Positions 14,233-27,355 of a stretch of 51,963 nt of DNA are shown here, one piece after another; position 1 is the first letter of the stretch, and each line of letters opens with the position of its first letter. The stretch comes from Proteromonas lacertae. Its lineage: Eukaryota. Under the pieces are notes generated by a model that saw only the letters and a list, made by a program, of their open reading frames with translations, was not told where the DNA came from and searched no databases. The position numbers and the translations under genes were made by a program. The stretch lies in assembly GCA_002245135.1 (NCBI GenBank), contig NGBS01000019.1:62001-113963 (forward strand). Reading direction: 5' to 3'.

Positions 14233-16429
14233 ATGAATCATAAACAAATATCAACTGCTACAGAACTTTTGGGCATTGATATTGGTGCACATTATGTTAA
14301 ATTAGCAAAATGCTGCAACAATCAATCGTCTTCGGTCATATTAGAGAATAAATTAAGTAAGAAAAAATCTCTGTATAGTATGAATGTTATTTATTTATAG
14401 ATGTACAATATCTTTTGATGGATTATCCAGAGTTTTTGGCAGAATCGAGAAAGTATTATTTATGTTGTTAGTTTGTAGATTAAAAGATCTGCAGAATCAT
14501 CAGTATTGTTGTTCAGAGATCTTTTAGGAAAGAAATTTGAAGATATAGATGATTTGGAATTCTACTTTCCAATGCCTTTGTGTTCATACAATAGTACTGT
14601 TAACAATATTGGATTTAGAGTATATTTATTGTATTTTAATAGTTCATATAGCTAAAAGATAGAGTTTATCCATTCGATCTTTTTTATACAATGTATTTGA
14701 ACTATTTAACAGCTGAATATGAATTGAACTTAGATATAGAACAAATTACACTTTCAATTCCATCATATTATAATGAAAACCAAATCAATTTATTAAAAAC
14801 AATGTGTAATAGTATTGGAATGAAAGATATGGATTTCTTATATGATTATTTAGCAACAGCATTAGCATTTGGTTATGAAAATAACAATTCAATAAAAAAG
14901 GATAAATATGTGATTTTGGTAGATATGGGATATATTACGACGAATTGTACAGTAGTTAGATATTATAAAGGAGGTATGGAAGTATTATCTCATGATTATA
15001 TTCAATTTGGAGGAAGAAATATTGACCAAGAATTAATAGATTTTGTTTCTAGAGAAATAGAGAATAAAATGAAGGTAGATATTAAGAAATCACCTATATT
15101 GTATTTGAAAACTGAAAAAGCAATTGAAGATGTTAAAGAAAAGTTGTCAGCTGAAGGAGCTGATACTGTTGAATTGAAAGTTGAATCTGTTAAAGAGGAT
15201 GATGATTTTGAATCTGTTCTATCAAAAACAGATATAGAAAAGATGCTTGATTTAACTGGAATTGCTGATAAACTCAAATCCTTACTAAACAGGTGTTGTA
15301 CAGCAGCTAAAATACCAGAATCATATAAGAATACTGAAATAGCCATAGTTGGAGGATCTTTAAGAATTCCTTATTTTCAGAATATATTATTGGATTGTTT
15401 ACATTCCATAAGTAAAGAAGTGAATTTAACGAAAACGTTAAATATGGATGAAAATGTTGCTTATGGATGTTTATATTTCAATAAAATCAAAAATGGACTT
15501 TGGAAATATGAAGTAGTAGATAAAGATAAAAGCAACTTGTTAATGAATAAAAACAATTTCAGCGATTCATATGAGGAATATGTGAAAGAATTACATGAAA
15601 TGGATAAAGTATTTGATGATTATAATAAAGAAAAGAATGAAATATCAAAGAAAAGAAATGAAATAGATGTAATCTATTTCAGTAACCAACATTTAATAGT
15701 GAATCTAAAAGATGAAGTAATTAAAAAGAATTATAATAGAAGAAATGAAGAGTATGAGAGAGAAATGAAAAGTAATCCATATATTACAATCAAAGAGTTA
15801 AAAGTGATTGAGAATAAGTTTAATGAGCTTCATGATCAAATATCATCTGCAGATTCGTTATCAACAAAATCATCTATTGTTGTAGAAACAAAGATAGATA
15901 CATCTCATGAAATACGAAATGAAATTACTCATTCAGAAGAGAATATTATTGTTACAAAAACAATGGATGATAAAGGAAATACTATTCACAGTAACTATGC
16001 TAATAACCAATCTAGCTTTCATAAAAGCGAGGAAATAAGAAGCACATTTAATAAAAGACAATTACATATTTCACCATCAAAATTTTCTGATACTTATATT
16101 CCAAGAGTAAAAAGTCCATTAAGTAAACAAATTACGCCTCCAAAAATTGTACTTACAAGAACAGGTATTAGTCCAAACGTAACTCATAAAGTTAGTTTTG
16201 AAAAGAAAACCAATAAAACAAACAAAGAGAATGAAGTAAAACAAGAAAGTAATGATGATGATAAAAAACAGGCAAATGAAAATGAAAATAGTGAAAGTAA
16301 AAGAATGAAAGTGATGATGATGAAGATTTAAAAAGTAGAAAAGAGATGTTTTATTTTATTCGTGTTGAGATTGTATTATGTGTAATAGTTTTTGGAATAA
16401 TAAATTACTTTAGTTATTGTAAGAATTAA
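14233..16429 (+). CDS. Divergent Hsp70/Hsp110-like protein, paralog 2. As assembled it stops at 16331; a -1 correction at 16299-16302 extends it to a C-terminal TM anchor ending at 16429
   Basis: GIDIGAHYVK, IPSYY, DYLATALAFG, LVDMGY, FGGRNIDQ, IVGGSLRIP and LNMDENVAYG are Hsp70 NBD motifs. Three 5' introns. The -1 frame reads KNESDDDEDLKSRKEMFYFIRVEIVLCVIVFGIINYFSYCKN*. Confidence 0.82.
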
Positions 16430-16507
16430 AAATAAAATAATTATCATTAATTATAAATTCTCTTATGTATTAATTTTTGATTAAAAAACATACTATAAAT
16501 AAATATG

Positions 16508-17790
16508 TTAATTAAGCATTGCTAATGCTGGTTTTATCACTATTGCTTTACATCTATTCAATATACTAACTAGATATTGTTTATATTGTTTCAATTTCAA
16601 TCTGTAACTCTTTATAAATGAAAATAGAATATTACAGAATTTTTGGTTTGATTGATATTCTGTAATGAGTGATGTTTGATCAAATAAATTAATAATTGAT
16701 TTTATTATTTCATCATTTAGATCAATATTCTGAGATAATAAATACTGAAATATTTGAAACTTTGGCTGTGTTATAGTTGATGAAGAATCTATCAATTCTT
16801 TTAACAGAATATTGTATTGTGTAGTTAAGTGTATTTCATTTAATAATCTACAGAGAAACTAAGTAAAATTATATAAATTATTATTATATTATATACGTCA
16901 TATGTTTGTTCATTTTCACATTGCCTTATTATTGGCAATGTAATATTATCTAAGAATATAATTTCATTATTTTTGCTTAAAGATGAAACAAATGATACAA
17001 ATTGCCTAGAAACTGCTTTACTGAGGGATAATAAATAAGGTAATAATAGATATCTATAGCAGAATATAGTCAATGATTGTTGAACATCTGTTTTAAAATA
17101 TTCCTTTAGAATTCCAAGAATAGTTATTTCATTGATTTGATGTGTTTCAAACATTATTGAATAAAGTTTTGGATATAGTTTATCACGATGATTACCAAGT
17201 AATATTTTACATATTTCTTGAAGAATTGGTGATTTTGTGGGCGTTTTTGATGAAAATTGAGATGATAAATTTGATAAATCTGTCATTATTTGTTTTTCTT
17301 CTTCAGTTGGAATAAATTGAGATAAATCCTTTTGCTCTTTTTCTTCTACATTATCTTTATTGTTTTTTATATCAATAAAAGTAGATGTGAAGAATAAACT
17401 ATCAGGTGATGCTTGTATTCCTGAAGGTAAATTGATTATAGAAAATTCATTTTCTTCATTTTTGTTATAACTGTTAATTAACTATATACATATATATATC
17501 TTATTTTATAATAACTTACATTATAAATTTCAGGTTCATTTAATAGAAATTCATACTTCTTAAGAATTGAGAAGAATTGGATTTTAAATGGAGTATTTTT
17601 GATAAATTTTGATAAATGCTGAAATAATACAACAAATTCTGATGTTTCAAACTCTAGTATTCCTTTATCTAAATCTGAAAATAGATTTTTAAGTTGAAAA
17701 AACGATAAATTGGACAGATGATTAACTCTATATGGTAATAGTGTGAATTTTATACTTTACATTGTATTGTTTATCGAAATATTCATCCAT
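16508..17790 (-). CDS. FANCE-like helical-repeat protein (3 introns)
   Basis: YLLLPYLLSLSKAVSRQFVSFV and C-terminal SNQKFCNILFSFIKSY...ILNRCKAIVIKPALAML resemble the FANCE C-terminal domain. Spliced reading is open from ATG 17790. Confidence 0.6.
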
Positions 17791-17879
17791 TTCATTCTAT
17801 TATGCACAAGTTTTATTTGATTTTTGTGAATGGGTTATTCAAAATATTTTCATTAAATTTATAATTTGTTTATATCGTG

Positions 17880-18652
17880 ATGAATTATAAGTCAATCATT
17901 TTCTTTTTTCTTTTATACATATCCACATCACAGTATAAATCAAAATTTGAATTTTAGAGCTCTTTATACAAAGAATATTTTTGGAATTGTAACAACAGCA
18001 AATTCATCGAAAGTTCCTTTAATGACTGATTGTTTCAATGGATTTAGTTTGAAGACATGTGATTTAGGAGTATAAACTCAATTTATCTTGAATAGTTACA
18101 CTCACCAAGTGGATACAGACCTGCTTTTCATTACAAACAAACACCAATGTATCCTAAACCTGATAAATCATACTGTATACAGTGCTGTGATAATACAAGG
18201 CAAGGTATTATAGATTTTATATAATATATACTAGAAAAGAAATTTTATTATGAATGGAATTATCTATGTCAGATTAAAGGTGATGAAGATCTGATTAAGT
18301 ATAATTCATATGTATTTAAGTATATAAATCAAAAATTATCTGTAGGTTTTTGAGATTGAAAACTGTTGAAGATTTTAACATAATAGAGTGTGGATTTAGT
18401 ATAGATGATGACGAAGAATTAATAGGATATGAATTAACTCTAAATGTTTCAGAACATACTTCAAGAAATGAGATTTGGAGAGAAGTTACGAAGTGTACTG
18501 TATATCCTATTATAATGCCAAAGAATTCCCCTGATTATATGAAATTTACTGTTTTTAACGAAATCATCATTTTAGCTAATGAATCAATTTCTGCTATGGA
18601 TATTAACGCTTTTATGTTAATGTTATTAACCATTTTTATCATATCTATGTAA
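17880..18652 (+). CDS. Secreted/GPI-anchored Cys-containing surface protein of unknown function (4 introns)
   Basis: Signal peptide MNYKSIIFFFLLYISTSQA, motif YCIQCCDN, hydrophobic C-terminus NAFMLMLLTIFIISM*. Introns of 25-34 nt restore the frame. Confidence 0.7.
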
Positions 18653-18850
18653 TTTAAAAGTATTAGTTCAGCTTAGTATATAAATTATTTTTTTGAGTTG
18701 TTTTGATGGAATATTTGTTTGTATATTGTTAGAGAACTTAACTAATTTCAGGATTTTGCATGTGAGCATTTGTTTAATATTAAAATATATCCGTTTCAAT
18801 ACAATTCCAATCAAGATATTCTATTAATGCTAGGCACTCCTGAAGTGGAA

Positions 18851-20775
18851 ATGTCTTTGAAAGACAATGATCCTGAAGCTCCAGTAGAACATGTATTATT
18901 AATCAAATTTATAAAGAATAGGAAGGAATCACTATCGAATTACCTGGTCCTACTATGAGTGTTGATATGCCTCATTCAGCTGCATCCTCTTTTGCATCTA
19001 GTGTATTACCACACCATGCACATACTAAAATGGGAAGAGCTATGTCAATGACTGGTACAGAGATCAAAGTCGGACAGGAAGTGCCAATTGGTGTTGATGA
19101 TGTTGCAGCTCAAAGTGCCATGAGGGAAACATTCCTCGATGAAGAAGCTAAGAAGAGACATTTAAAATGTCCAAGATACATCACTTGTAAAGGTGTTGGC
19201 ACAGTTATAGGTTTAACAATAGCTATAGTAATCTTATGTATACCATTGGATAAGAATAATTCAAAAGTGCAAAAGACTTTTGCTGTATTATTAGCTATGG
19301 CAACTTGCTGGATGACTGAAGTATTACCATTAGCAATTACTGCTTTGCTTCCAGTCGTATTATTCCCATTGATGGGTGTGATGTCTGCAGGAGTGACTGC
19401 TGGAACATATTTCAATGATACAATATTTGTATTTCTCTCCGGTTTCTTAATGGCTTTGGGAATGGAACATTGGAAATTACATATGAGAATTGCATTAGGA
19501 ATTACAAAGATATTTGCAAGTCCAAAAACTGTATTGTTTGGTATTATGTTTGCTACTTGGTTTTTATCAATGTGGATTTCTAATACAGCTTGTGCTATTA
19601 TGATGATTGCTAATGCTACAGCTTTGGTTGATGCAATGGAAGGAAAATATGGAAAAGATAAAATGAAAGGATTTTCTGATGCTGTATTTCTAGGTATTGC
19701 TTTTAGTGCAAATATTGGTGGATTTGCTACATTGATTGGTACACCTCCAAATATGATATTCTCTGAATTGTTTAAACAAATATATCAAGATGTTGTTGTA
19801 CAGAATGTTACATCACATGTTACTGAAATATCATTCTCAACTTGGATTATATCATTTTTACCATGTATATTTTACATATTTATAATTGAATAGTATCATT
19901 ATTAATGTTGATTGCTTTATGGGTAGGATTTGTGATTGTTTATTTACCAAAGAAATTAGAAGTTGATAAACAATATTTCGTTGATCAATATAAAGCATTA
20001 GGTTCAATGAAATATGAAGAAATAGTTGTAGGTTGTGGATTTGTTATTTTAGCTTTATTGTGGTTATTTAGAGCTGATTTAGTATTTGGTGATTTTACTA
20101 TTAAAGGATGGGCTAATATATTCCCAGAACCAAAGTATATTAGTGATGGTACATGTGGTATGTTTATTGCATTGTGTTTATTTATGATTCCTACTAAGGC
20201 GTATATGAATGATAAAGTTGGCAGAGATCCAGACACTGGTGAGTATAATATCCCATTTATTATGACTTGGGAAACTGCTAAAACATTACCTTGGGATTTA
20301 GTATTGTTGTTTGGAGGAGGTTTTGCATTAGCTGAAGCTTGTAAGACTTCTGGATTGTCTTTATGGTTAGGAAATCAATTATCAGCTGTTGGAGATTTAC
20401 CAAAATTCTTTGTTGTATTAGTGTTTGTGTTATTTATGACACTATTAACTAATTTTACATCAAATACTGCAAGTACAAGTATTATTCTACCTGTCATTGC
20501 TTCAGTAGCCAAGTGCAAGTCATATTCACCCATTGTTGGTAATGATTCCTGTTACTTTAGCAGCCTCCTGTGCATTTATCATGCCTGTTGGTACACCTCC
20601 AAATTTAGCTGTATTTGCTTCAAAAAGAATCACAATTGCATCAATGGCAAAATGTGGTTTATGTGTGTCGATAATGTCAGTGCTATTGATTGTAGGACAT
20701 GGATTCTCTTTATTGCCAGCTGTATTTAACTTCAAAATCAGTGATTTCCCACCATGGGCTGAACCGTCAAATTAG
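18851..20775 (+). CDS. SLC13/DASS sodium:dicarboxylate/sulfate symporter (2 introns; one +1 frame break at ~20511)
   Basis: WMTEVLPLAITALLP, LSMWISNTA, TLIGTPPN, LLFGGGFALA, LTNFTSNTAS and, after the break, HPLLVMIPVTLAASCAFIMPVGTPPN (both SNT and GTPPN motifs present). Confidence 0.93.
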
Positions 20776-20878
20776 ACTTATAAAACAAATAATATATGTT
20801 AAAAGAATAATTACTTATTAACTAAAATTATTAGACTATTATTTATTGGGGATTGAATCTAACTAATTAAATATAATC

Positions 20879-23800
20879 TCATTTCTTCTTCGTATTCTTC
20901 TGCTTATCCAAATCCAGTGGTTCTAATAAAAATCTATTTGAGTCCTTTGGGATGAGAGGACTTGAAGAAGCTGAATAATTCTCTATTTTCAAACTTCCAT
21001 CCATTCTAATTCCATCCAATATTTTATTATCCACATGTTTTCCTTTTGGCATTACTGGAACTGTACTATTTGACTCAATACCAAAATCATTTCCCATCGC
21101 ATTTGTTGCTCCAGGAATTGCATTGTAAAGATTATTACGTTGAGATGGAGGTGGTTCATCAATATTCGCACCTGTATAACTTCTCAAATTATCATCATTT
21201 GTACCAACTCTTATTGATTCAATTCCAGCCATATTTGCAGGTGTTGTGCTGTTTCTTACATTACACTGATTTGATGGGATTTTGAGTAAATTCTTATTAT
21301 TTGGTATTCCTTTTGAATAACCTGAAATTACAGGACCATCTTCTGGAATAGCATGCAATGTTGTTGGTTTATTAGTATTATTATTATTCTTAGATTTAAA
21401 TGTTTGAACTTCATCTGATATTGATTTTCTACCTCCACCAGCTGTATCTGAATGAACACTATCCCTATCTGTTCCTGTTGATGATCTTCCTTTTAATGGT
21501 GTTGCTACAACACTGTTATTACGAGTACCTGAATTAGATTCAAGTGGTTTACTTGTCCTTCTTGTTGCTGATGTTCTTTTCATACTTCTTCTTTCAGTAT
21601 TTGGATTTGTTGAATCTTTTCTTCCACTTTTCATTAGATTGGTTAATGTATTCTTGATTGCTGATCTTGCTGTATTCATTTCTTTATTTGTATTTTGTGC
21701 ATCTGGACAACCCATCTTGAATCTATCTTTATTTCTATTTGGAACAAGAAGATCTAATTATTTATATTAAATATGATTATATATACAATCTAACAAATAT
21801 CCACATTCAACACATCGAATATCACTTCCTGGAATATCAATTGTTTTTACTTCTTTCTTCTATTTACATAAAAGTAATAATAAATACTGGATTAATATAA
21901 CCACATAATAATGGATATCCTGTTCCATATAAACTAAGAATTGTATAAACTAACGACAAACCAAGCAGAACAAAACCTGAAGTTCTTGAATCAACATTAA
22001 TTAACATAATCACAGCTAATAAACAACCAAAACAAATGAGTGATAAGTAAATCGATGTTACTAATACAGATTCATAAACATTCAATTTCTCACCATCTGT
22101 GAAAATAATAATTAGCTCTCTAGCAAAGTAAGCCACCTGGAATACCCATAATATAAAACATATATAAGATGTAGCTTCATACAGGTTTACATATAATCCA
22201 TCCAAAATAGTGAATTGTGGATCAATTCCTTTCAATATATCTTCAGTAACATCATACATTATATACATTCTCCATTCTCTAATTTCATATGGACAAAATA
22301 ACATAGTTATTACACAAATTACCACATAAAAACAGATAGTACCAATATAAGATAACCATTCTTTCTTAGTTAATTGAATTTGTTGTGTTGGTGGTGGTGC
22401 ATTTTGAGTTACAGATAAATTAACAGTTCTTTTTCTTCCAGCTGTTCTTTTATCCAAATTATCTGTTGAACTTCTGACAGGAGTGTTAGCTACTGATCCA
22501 ACAGAGGGAGTATTAATTCCAGTAGATGATCTTTTATCTAATTTAAGATTATTAACTTCACCTTTTTGTAGAGTTTCAGTTGGAATAAACAATTGTCCTG
22601 CTGATAGAGACACTTTTGGTGGCGTTGAACCTTTTTTAATACCATTACTACTATTTTGATCTTTCTTACTACCAGAATTACCAGTTCCACTACTAGATGC
22701 TTGATTTTGACCAGAATTATTATTACCATCAACTTCTACACATACAGACTTTGGAGACATTGATTTAATATCCCTTTTTTCATTTTGCATAGGAGAAACA
22801 GTAATCTTTATAGTGTCTGGTACATTTGTATCAACTTGAGGTGGTCGATTTGGTCTTTGTTGATTTTCTCCTTCTTCATTTGATAAACAACAAGGTACTA
22901 ATGTTGGATCAAAATCAGATTTCTTCTTTACACTCTTATCCTTATCTGATGATGCAGATGATCGTTTATTCTGTAATTGTTGGTTTAATAGAGATGGTTG
23001 GCATTGTGGATTTTGTTGAGCCTGTGATTGATGAACTGATTGTTGCTGTTGTTGTTTTGACATACATGATCCTCTTCGATAAGTAACACCACCTACATTC
23101 ACTGTTCCATCTGGTATTACACTTGATGTTTGTTTCTTTGTAATTCTTTTACATACTCTATCTAATATTAAAGCTTCAGCACCAAATATCATTTCAAAAC
23201 CAAGGAAATATAGTTGTAATGGTGCATATTTATATAACTCAGAGTAATTCCTTTTAAATACATTTAATATATATATTAATGATGTAGTACAGAAGATAAT
23301 TGTACCAATCATTATACACCAATCTAAAACCCAATTTTGATACACCATAAATCTATGTTTTCTCAAACAGAAACTAGCTATCATGAATATACCACAAATT
23401 CCTATCAATATATATTCTACAATAACCCAAGTTAGATTAAAAGCATCTTCAAATCCATTATATCTGCTCTTTATTGTGAAATTATGAAAACTGTTTTTAC
23501 ATTGATATACATTACTATCATCTAATAGACAGTAACGTATATCTTTACAATTACATTCTTCAATTGGTGGAGGAGTTTTATCAATATTACTATCACTATC
23601 TACTTTTATTCTATGATTACTAGTTAAATAATTTTCGTTAGTTATTTCACATGAATAAACATTACATTTTCCTACTTTATTAACTCCATTCTGATATAAA
23701 ATAGATTCAGATAATGATGATATATCGATGTCATCTACATTATATGTGATATAATATGAATTTAAATATTTATTTACATTCCTTTGAGATGAAATGAATT

Positions 23801-24496
23801 GTCGAATGTTGGATATTGTAATTGGTATTTTTAAATCTTCCATTTTCTTTTTCAGTGATTCTAAATATAGCAATATGACTTTAATCTTCTGCACGTCATC
23901 CAATAATAATTGAGGAAAGGAATATACAGTATAATAAGGTGAATTTACAACATTTTCAGTAAACCATGTATATTTACATAATTGAGGGGAATTATTTCTG
24001 CACCAATTAAGTATATTAATTAGTGAATATGACTGAGATATATATGCTATAACATTACAATTAAATGATTTAATGAAATTTAAAGCGCTACTAATGGATG
24101 ATATTAATGATGGTGTAAAATAGACTACATTCTTTGATGTAATATTAAATTTAAAATATGATGATAATAAATAACACACTGATTTTTGTTGAAATTGAGA
24201 AGGAAGTTGAGGAAACTAATAAATAGTATTAATATAATATATACATTTAAACTAATATGAGCAAATGATTGACTATCCTTACCACCGTAATCAAAGATTA
24301 AAGAATCATTATCATCTTTCTGTCTCAAAACTATTGTTTCTGGTTTAATAACATAAAAAGACAAAGGTAAACCTGCAAAAATGTCTGTATTATTAAATTG
24401 CTTCTCAAAATTCAGAGATTTGGACCTATTAAAACTAAAACTACTCACAGTGGATATTGTGACTAATATGAGATATATTAAAGCAAATTTAATCAT
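20879..24496 (-). CDS. Class-C (7tm_3/GABA-B-like) GPCR-like receptor with signal peptide, ~330-aa ectodomain, very long second intracellular loop and long disordered tail (3 introns)
   Basis: Signal peptide MIKFALIYLILVTISTVSS. TM1-3 run ...FCLRKHRFMVYQNWVLDWCIMIG...LGFEMIFGAEALILDRV, a GABA-B-like pattern. TM4-7 follow the insertion, with YES-x-L before TM6 and a Pro at the end of TM7. Confidence 0.7.
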
Positions 24497-24536
24497 TTCT
24501 GTTGCCAGCTGATTTAAAAAATGAAAAAGAATTTTG

Positions 24537-24554
24537 TCGTTTTACTAAAAACGA
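24537..24554. promoter_or_regulatory. Inverted repeat TCGTTTT-ACTA-AAAACGA 41-58 bp upstream of the class-C receptor ATG; candidate cis-element
   Basis: Seen directly. Its AACGA half-site recurs near other gene starts. Confidence 0.3.
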
Positions 24555-25052
24555 TCATAATTTTTAAAATTAAAGGAATGAATGACTGAGAGATTCAAGA
24601 AGCTTGTGAATGTTTTTAAAATATTATATATGATATTTTATGTGATAAAGACAGGTAAATCAATTCATTATACAATAATTATATTTTTGAGTTAATTATA
24701 TAGTAAACAGATGCTCTAAAGATGTAATTTAGTGTTAAAATTTACATAAAGTATTTATGCTACATTAAGTTCAAATACCTAATTAACGATTTCTTAAATG
24801 GTAATTATAAACTCAAATATAGCTACAAAGCATTTTAGTTATCATAAAAAATCCATTCATACATCATGCATGCATTTCTATTCTTTCTAATCTGTTTAAA
24901 GCCGTCAAGTTTCATCAAGCCCAAAATCATTTTGAAAAATCATTTATCAAAAAGTATTTAAAATTCTTACTCTCTAACTCAACTCTTTAATCCGAATATT
25001 CTATTTTCTAAGCATATTATTGAAACATATTATTTATAATTGGTTATAGGTT

Positions 25053-25815
25053 ATGACAACTAAAGATTCTGTAATTGAAGAAGTAAATTATGTAGCAAGG
25101 TTATTTGTCCAGTCCTATTACAACACATTAATTGAAGAAAGAAATAAAATGTATAAATATTTCCTTCCAAGCTCCCAATTTTCTTTTTCTCAAGGAGTGC
25201 AAGTATACATTTCGGAAATGCTATATTATAGGAATCTATACCTGTAACTGGTAGAGAGAATATTCAAAAGGCATTTGATTCAATTGCTAAGTCATCAATC
25301 AAAGTAGACTTACGTTCAGGATCAATTGATGCATGCGGCAATAAAGATGGTATATTTTATATTTTTTTAACATATTAATAGAAGTACTAATCTTAATTCA
25401 TGGTGTTATGTATATTGATAGTGTAGCAAACAGTTATTCTCAAACTGTATTTTTAAGAAAAGATGCAGAGTTAGATTCTCTCATCATTGCATATGATGTA
25501 ATTCGTGTAGAAAATGTAAATGAATTAGTTGCACCACCTGAGGAGATAGCTGAAGTAAAAGCAGATGTTTCTGTTCCTCAATCACCATTACGCGAGTCAA
25601 AACCAGTAGAAAAAGCATCATCTCCTAAAAGTGAAACTGTAATAACAGTAGAAATAAAACAATCAACTGTAGATTCAACAACAACAATTACACCAACTCC
25701 CTCTGCTGATTCAACTAAACAAATTGTCAACAACAACAGCAACAACAACAATAACAATAAAAAAAACAATAATCGTAATAAATATCGTAATAAAAGAAAT
25801 AATAATAAATCCAAT

Positions 25816-25846
<31 letters not shown>

Positions 25847-26343
25847 CACCACCTCCACCTCCTTCAATAAATCCATCATCACCAGAATCAATACAACCTT
25901 CACCACCACCACCACTACCATCTTCAACATCTACTAATCAATCAGTACAACCACAATCATCAACAACAACAACAAAACAACAACAACAATCCAAATCCAA
26001 ACCTAAATCTAAACAACATATCAATAATAATAATAATAAAGATATAAATAAAGAAAAAGACAATTCTAAAGCTAATTCCGTAGTAATTAAGAACTTAGCA
26101 GAATCTGTAAAAGAAGAAATGCTAAAAGATACTTTAAGTCAATTCGGTGAAGTTAAACATATCAAAATAATACCTTCAATAACCTCTTATATTGCTTTTG
26201 TAGATTTCAGTGATGAAAAAGGTAAAAATGCAGTTTTGGAGTTTATTAAATCTAATAAATTAACAATAGAATCACGTGATATTACTGTTGAAGAACATAG
26301 GATTATAAATAATCATGGTTATTACCCAAAGAGAAGGTATTGA
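25053..26343 (+). CDS. G3BP/Rasputin-like protein (NTF2-like domain, Q/N/P-rich linker, RRM; 2 introns)
   Basis: VARLFVQSYYNTL...VTGRENIQK...YSQTVFL...DVIR (NTF2-like). SVVIKNL...LSQFGEV...IAFVDF (RRM RNP2/RNP1). Confidence 0.85.
25816..25844 (+). repeat. (CAA)n microsatellite encoding polyQ in the G3BP-like linker
   Basis: caacaacaacaa... run, with nearby (AAC/AAT)n polyN runs. Confidence 0.9.
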
Positions 26344-26461
26344 TTCTGATTTTTTTAAATTATTTTATTTTATTTCGCTCCTTTTGTCTATTATTAGGTA
26401 TAATTAAAACAACAAAAATTCATAAATACGATAATAAATAGTTAATTTATAAATCAGAAAT

Positions 26462-27319
26462 CTAATCAGTATTAAGATTATTATTCAGAATATGAGGTGA
26501 TAATGGAGAAGGAGATAATCTAGTTTTATGTAACAAATTCACACTTCTTGCATTTCTATGTAACATTTTACCTGTAATTGTTGATCTAATTGCCCAAGAT
26601 GTCTTTGGTCTTGATTTTATATTTGGCAAACTCTGTGTATTAGTATTTGTAAAACTCCTATTCATTGTAGATATATCAGCAGTAATTGGTCTTTGCGATT
26701 CATTAGCATTGCCACTATTAAACAATTTGCCTGTTGAATTGGCAGATGACATTCCATTTCCAACATATAAGTTAAAAGTAGCACTTGGTCTTGGAGATGG
26801 TATTGCTGGTGGAGGAACAGTTTGTGGAAATGTATTTTCTGTTCCACATGCATGATTCCAAGCTGATTGAAACATTGTGAGTGGTTGCCTTTTTACTGGA
26901 GATGCTCTAGTCTGTGGTCTCATATAATTAACAAACAATTCTCTTTGTTCATCTGTTTGAATTAAATCATCATTCACAGCTAGTCTATCTCTTCTTGATT
27001 TTGCAGCTTCTATTTCCATTTTCTTTAAAAACTCTTTATCTAATGAATCATCCACTTCTTCTGGTGGTGGTGGTACATTTAATAAACCTTCTTCTTCTTT
27101 TAAACCCAATGGTATTACATTCAATAAACCAAGTTTGGGGAATGATTTTCTAATACTTTCTTTTCTTGGCTGTTGATATTTTTGAGTATGAAATGCAAAT
27201 GTTCTTGTATCAAAGAAGCTAGGATCAGTCATATCAAGATCACATGTTTGTCCAACATCTAATTCCAATAATCTTGAGACTTGACTGAACTGTTAAAGCT
27301 GGATTTCTCTTTCCATTTC

Positions 27320-27355
<36 letters not shown>

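Noticed and set aside
20505..20525. Programmed +1 frameshift at TA-GCC-N (shared by the SLC13 and ITFG2-like breaks), or a 7-nt GTGCAAG micro-intron
   Set aside because: The same GTA GCC AA context is read in frame in MCM2 (IVANH), and ATA GCC AAA in the 34561 gene. Seven nt is far below the intron sizes seen and removes residues expected in SLC13.
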